This document shows positions 58,426 to 64,000 of a DNA stretch of 64,000 bases, in pieces. How positions within the stretch are numbered: the stretch's first letter is position 1; each line of letters opens with the position of its first letter. The notes under the pieces were generated by a model. It saw only the letters and a list, made by a program, of their open reading frames with translations, made no database searches and had not been told where the DNA came from. The translations under genes and the position numbers were made by a program. Source of the stretch: Ostrea edulis (taxonomy: Eukaryota); NCBI RefSeq assembly GCF_947568905.1, contig NC_079172.1:43462001-43526000 (forward strand). Reading direction: 5' to 3'.

Positions 58426-59815
58426 CTAACTCTATGCTTGTGTCGGGGTCTGTAAAGCCAGCATACACCGTCCCCAACCCTTCTTTCTCCACATGGTAAA
58501 TGCTCATGCTGCACTTATACTTCTGTGTGCCGTAGTAATAGTATCCGTGCCACCTTTGATTTTCCGCAAACACATCTTTCCAGGAGGATCCTAGATCAAC
58601 ACAAAATCATATCAAGGGGGAGTTGTACATGTATTTGTTTTTATTTCCTGTGAGTGAAACTGGAATGGGTTATAAGCTTCCTCTGTCAATCTTATCCTCA
58701 AGCTTGAAGCTTGTTTTATAATATACATTTTTAGTGAAATTTACAGATAAACTTTGACATTCTTAATGGCTGATCCACTTTTACCTTCTGCATAAGATTT
58801 GTTTTTCCAGAATTCTATGTGAGATATTCATATGCACCTGTGGAGCTGTCTATTGAAGAACACACATTTTCTTTATCATTTACTCACTATTGAAAGAGTA
58901 ATAAGAGTAATAACTCAATATTTCATTTCTTTCACAACTAGAAATCTGAATGACACATTCTGATCAACATTCAAGCCGACGTTTAATAACCTGCTGAAGT
59001 CAGGCATAAAATAAATGACATCACAATAGCTTTTTCCACAAACTGGCAGTAACTTTTACGAAAGCCGGAAAGGCATATTTCCCTAGGTATACAGTAATTT
59101 TGAAGAGATGTACAGCAGTTGTCTACTGTGGGACTCAGTGGAGGAGGGGGATTATCAGGGCATACTGAAGAGTTTTTGAAGGAAAAAACTCTTGAGTTGT
59201 TTAAAAAACAAATTCTGTAGACACAAATCACTTCCTGCAGTATCCAGTTTCACTTTCTTTGACAATTGATATAGGGCAACATTTCGAATCAAGAGAGGAA
59301 TTGAGCCAGGAGAAAAGTGACAAATATAAGCAATGAATTTTTACCCAAGGCCAATTAAAATTAGTAGATTATGATCCCTGCCTGTCCCTCAAAAAAGGGC
59401 CCACCCCGATTGTTTTAATTTTTGCAAATTTACAATTTCAAACAAACTTGCTTCCCATTGACATGAGTGAGTGATTAGAGTCACAGAAAGTTGGTTTTAT
59501 ATCTTCTACCAAGAATTCTTTGACTATCAACTTAATTAACACTTTGTGTGATGCCTTTGTCATTAATTTTTTTCTCTCGGGAAATGAAAATTAAAAAATA
59601 AAATCCTCCCACCCGCCCCATATTTTTTTGTGACCCCGGATGATAATCTACTAATTAAGTTGAATTGGCCTAATCCATGTGAATGATTAGGGGAAATCAA
59701 TTCCATAAAAATAATGTTGATTATTACAGCAGTAAAACATTGTCAAAACCAGCTTACCTTGGGCCTGTGGAAGAATGTTGATTAAACAGAGAAGTGCTGT
59801 CACAGTGCCCCACAT
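51614..59815 (-). CDS. Uncharacterised type I single-pass membrane protein, 216 aa, 4 coding exons
   Basis: complement(join(51614-51831, 57366-57572, 58423-58590, 59758-59815)) = 651 nt, with all introns in phase 1. Signal peptide MWGTVTALLCLINILPQAQG, a beta-rich ectodomain, TM helix IGLTVGLSALLVIIGIGIFVGLVVWGV, and a basic cytosolic tail. A possible non-coding exon donor lies at 61479. Confidence 0.8.
52445..53690. repeat. 36/40-bp minisatellite x~32
   Basis: tacatcactagggtacctgtatgtaatatgt(ctgt)ctgag. Confidence 0.95.
54120..57095. repeat. 53-bp minisatellite interrupted by a HINE
   Basis: catgacatggccaatcaaaagacaagacactttgtgatagcttatacatgtac occurs on both sides of 54675-56476. Confidence 0.92.
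54675..56476 (-). mobile_element. Non-autonomous Helentron (HINE) carrying ~8 monomers of a 166-bp HindIII satellite
   Basis: Subterminal inverted motifs gctcacctgag (~54699) and ctcaggtgagc (~56460), a (ggac)n microsatellite at 56355-56420, and a 166-bp period (55720 to 55886) with an aagctt site in most monomers. No TSD. Resembles the oyster Cg170-type satellite from memory; not verified. Confidence 0.85.
58386..58421. repeat. (TA)n microsatellite starting at a splice donor (GTATATATA...)
   Basis: Minus strand: GAAG|GTATATATAT... Confidence 0.95.
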
Positions 59816-62459
59816 CTTTCAGTGTCTAAATTTCTTTCAATGTTGTAATTACCAATTATTGACAGATATCAAATCTGAAAAACAGAGGAGGAAATTGTTA
59901 AATTCTGTCATCAATATACATATATTAAACAAACAAGCAGAGTTATGAAGTAATATAAGACTGAAACGATACGCCCCTTTCACGATACGATAGGTATTGC
60001 AATAATTATGCCACAATTCAATATTTTCATTACGATACATTTTATACAAGAAACCAATTATAACTTAGAAACTTTTTTGAAGAAAAATGAAATTATGAAG
60101 ATTCAGTCATAATTTTAAAACCAAAATGTCTCCAAACTGCCAAACAGTAAGATGCCTGTTGGTTCTGTAGATTAAACTGATTAAGTTAATTATTTTTTTC
60201 GTCAGACTTGAAGCTGACATAATCAGTCTGACCGTTATTGGATGCCATTATTAAATTGAACTGTGTTGCTATTTTGGTGAATCATTTCAGCCCGAAAGTA
60301 ACAGTCGAATTACTAGTTGTAATGAAAAGAAATGAATAAGACAAACTGCTATTCTATCTATCTCCCAAAATTGCAATTGACAGATGCACTTTGGTTTAAA
60401 AATTAAGGGCATTTTGTGCAAGAATCCCTATGCAACTGTTTCTAATTTCAATCTCACAATTATACAGCAGACCACTAACCCTAACAATTAAGGGTAAGGG
60501 TTAGTGTAAGCATATACATGTAGAAATGATTATACATGCACAATCCAGTCATGTTGTTTCCAACTTTGATTATTTTTTGTGATATAAGTTGGGAAATGGA
60601 TGAGGAAAAGTAAATATTTTGTAATTCATATTGAATAACTTTGACCACTATAACCCATACCATGAGGGATGCCTGGCATTGACTTATAATCTCTCTTTAT
60701 CAAATATACAATTCATGTATGTACATTATTCAATAATGGAAAGATTTTCTACTCAGTGCCAAAATTTTAACCGATATTTTAAAAATTCAAAATATATGGG
60801 AAATCAACTTAATTCAGAAAGCACAACTTACAAACACTCTTGACTTTTTATATTATTTAAAATAAAATAAAATTTTCAGTATTTTTTTTTCCAGGTGCAT
60901 ATTCTACAAGAGTTTCCAAATATATCAAATCACCTTTGTTTTGTTTCTTAATAATCTTTATTATTGCTCTTTTAAATTTAATTTTTCTCCTTTTAATGTG
61001 TAACTGGTTGTTATATCCAAACTGTTACTATGTGTGTTTGTTTATATATTCATTGATCTACATAAATTTTACTTAATGCTTCTCAATAATGGACATGGTG
61101 CTTCAAGACTCTCCCTTCATAATGCAAGTCTCTGAAATCACATAACACGGAAAAAGCGAAAATGCTTTGTAACTCACTCCAGAGATCTTGGGCCGTACGT
61201 ATTAAATTATCACCGTAAATATTTTTTGCATGAATCAAATTTGAAAACAATACAATGGTTGGATAACTTATAAACAGTTCTTTCATACATATATTTCTGA
61301 AAATTTAAATCAAACGGTTTTGAAAAATATGAACAAAAGAACCTTTAACACGACTCGTAATTGGCGACTTCACTGTACTGGGGAAATACTTTTAATACTA
61401 AGCAATGACCTTACAGGTGGTATGCAACTTGAACCCATGCATTGAATACAAGGAGGAATATATAAATATTTTTTCTTACCTCGCACTCTGTCCCTTAGTA
61501 TTAATTGCATTGTATAAGGCCCTATGATTGTCAATATCAATATACCTCATTATACTATATTATAACATGTATATATATTGTATTTAGGAAGAACCTCAAT
61601 TGTATTTAGTTTACATGAGACTACGCAATATTTTCACATTCCTGAATGACTTTGTGAAAATCATTAATTTATAAAAAAAAAAAAAAAAAAAAATGTATCT
61701 GACATTAAAATGAACCAGCATCACCAGATCAAATGATCCGACACCTGCGTTTGGTGTGGATGAGTGATGTCAGATGACTGTAAGTGCATCATCCTAATCT
61801 ACTAGAACAACTTTATTTCATTTACCATATGATATTATGCAATGGATACAAGGTCAATACGCTGCATCTTTCAACTGAAATAAAACTCTGCAAATCGTGG
61901 TCTCATCAACAGTTTTCGCCTGTTAACAACTGGTTAATATTCGGACAGGAAAGTGCGGAAGTAAACAATGCAATATGGCCTAAACAATATTCACCGCGTT
62001 CCTATAACTTTCTATAACTTGAAGAAAAAAATAATTCGTTAGGTTTATCATGCCTATATTCTTATTATTTTTGTGTTGATTCAGTTATATTTTGATGAAT
62101 AATTAATTTGATTTTAACTTCCTCCCTTATTTTTTTTTTTCTGCAGTGAATATCATGTGATGCAAGTATGTGTTGACAGTTTTGCGTCACTTTTGTTAGA
62201 CAGTTCTGTTTTCTTTCACTTGAAAACGTTTAGTCATGTCTAAGGCACCGACGAAAATGAAGAAAAAGGTAATTGTCTGTTTCTGTCTATACATCGATTC
62301 CTTAACGATATTGTAAATGTATCTGTGATTTGGTCGTAGATGGTCCGAATTATCTCTGGTGAAGTTCTGAAGATTTATACTCGTGCACATCTAATTTTAG
62401 ACGTAAAAATTGAACATTACATTTAGCAGTGAATACAATTGTGATAGCCAGTCTCTGTT

Positions 62460-62463
<4 letters not shown>

Positions 62464-62510
<47 letters not shown>
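62464..62510. repeat. (GA)n microsatellite
   Basis: Visible directly in the sequence. Confidence 0.95.
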
Positions 62511-64000
62511 TAATTTGTTTATTTAAAAATTGCTTAAGACTTTAACTTAATTATGATAGGAACTTGGGTTCAGGATTCCTCAAGTCAGATGTCCAGGACT
62601 TTTCACAAAATGCGCATCATTGTTTACTTGCATGTAGTTAGAATAATCTAACTGTGTCTCGGGACAGGCCCTTACCACAGTTAGAATGCCTCCCATATAC
62701 CCATAATGTAGCAGAAAATTAAAGAATTGCTCCAAACCGATTTTAAAATCACCAAAGAATATTAACGCATAAATATGAAGCTAAATTTGAATACAACTAA
62801 CCTCATTGATAATTCTGAAGTCCTTAACATTGTAAAAATATGTAAAATAATATTGTAAACTGAACACTCTGAAATGTCACTTCTCGATTCAAATTGATTG
62901 CCATTTTATTTGACACTATTATCGGAACACCCTACTGTTTTTCAAAACGAATGCTCAATGAAGAACCGCCCACTTCCATATATGGGAAACTGTGAAACTT
63001 ACCTTTTGCACAGAGCTTGAAGATAAAGAGTACAATGTGAAGTGGACACAGAAATACCATGAAAAAATGAATAGCGAACAGGCAGAAATAATTTCTGTAG
63101 TGCTAAAGGGAAAAGATATGTGTTTTCCAATGCAATCTGGTTAATTTTCTTCATTCGGGCCTAATGAAAGCAATTTTCATCAAAAGAAGAATATAAAACC
63201 TTCATATTAATTTGATCTGATGCTGCAATGTTGACTTATCTTAACTTTATATATTTATTAATTTCCAATGTTTATTGAAAGCTGTAAGTTAATTTCCCTG
63301 TAAAATAACGGCTTAGTAAAGACCGTAGTACATTTTTCATAAAAGGCCATATCTCCATATTTGGGAGCTGTTTGCTTACGCAATGACAAGTTCCGGTAAA
63401 ATGGAAGCTGTACACAGCAAAACTCTTAGGTTTTAGTTCTCTTTCTATGCTAATTAAAGTGGAATTAATGGCAAGTTAGTTGTGAAGGTAACATTTTTGG
63501 TTGTATATTAATGATATGTGACATGATTATACCGAAACATGCATTTAGTGCATTTTTTATTTTGCTACACTGCGGGTATATGGAACGCATTCTATCATTA
63601 AACCGAATCCGTAGGACATTATCACTTTATTGATAGAACACTCTATTTAACTTGCATGCACATGGATACAGGCCATCAGATTTGCTGAAGAGATTTAAAT
63701 CAATTGGTACATCACTCCACTTTTTCCGGGGAACAAACGTTTAGGCCTAGTGATATGTTCCAATTGTATGATGAGAGTGCAATTCCTCGCTTACAGTTGC
63801 TCCATTTTGTATTAGATGAGACTGTGCCAGTCACTCACACAAAGACATAGGTCTGAATAGGTCACTATATGTAATATACCAAATGATACAGTGTTCGAAA
63901 TTGGTTTAAAACTTGGTATAGACCACAGGTCTATGCCAAAACAAGATGACATAGAGGTCATAGACCTCGAATTGGCATAGACCGCAACATTGAAAAAAAT

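Noticed and set aside
62800-64000. Probable DNA-transposon remnants and inverted motifs at the window end
   Set aside because: Ends and TSD could not be defined, and the last element is truncated by the window edge.

Overview
This is AT-rich eukaryotic genomic DNA, most likely an oyster or other bivalve. That is inferred from the Helentron-type non-autonomous elements and a 166-bp HindIII satellite. Five spliced host genes can be reconstructed with consistent GT-AG phases: the 3' end of ABCC5 (+), an uncharacterised 258-aa gene (-), PUDP/HDHD1 (-) head-to-head with ANKRD39 (+), and an uncharacterised 216-aa type I membrane protein (-). There is also an intronless OTU-protease ORF. Introns and intergenic DNA are dense with mobile elements and minisatellites. 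Four observations stand out. (1) A full-length 5.9-kb L1/Tx1 retrotransposon with a 15-bp TSD has an ORF1 ending in an apparently intact IMPACT/YigZ (UPF0029) domain. (2) Miniature LTR retrotransposons carry a tRNA-like Pol III cassette in each LTR. (3) Intronic tandem repeats are repeatedly built from exon-intron junctions, with the splice site kept, mutated or deleted in the copies. (4) Three CAG-ended hAT-like elements have 5-, 6- and 7-bp TSDs. All calls were made by reading the sequence by eye; no database searches were run, so novelty is unverified.
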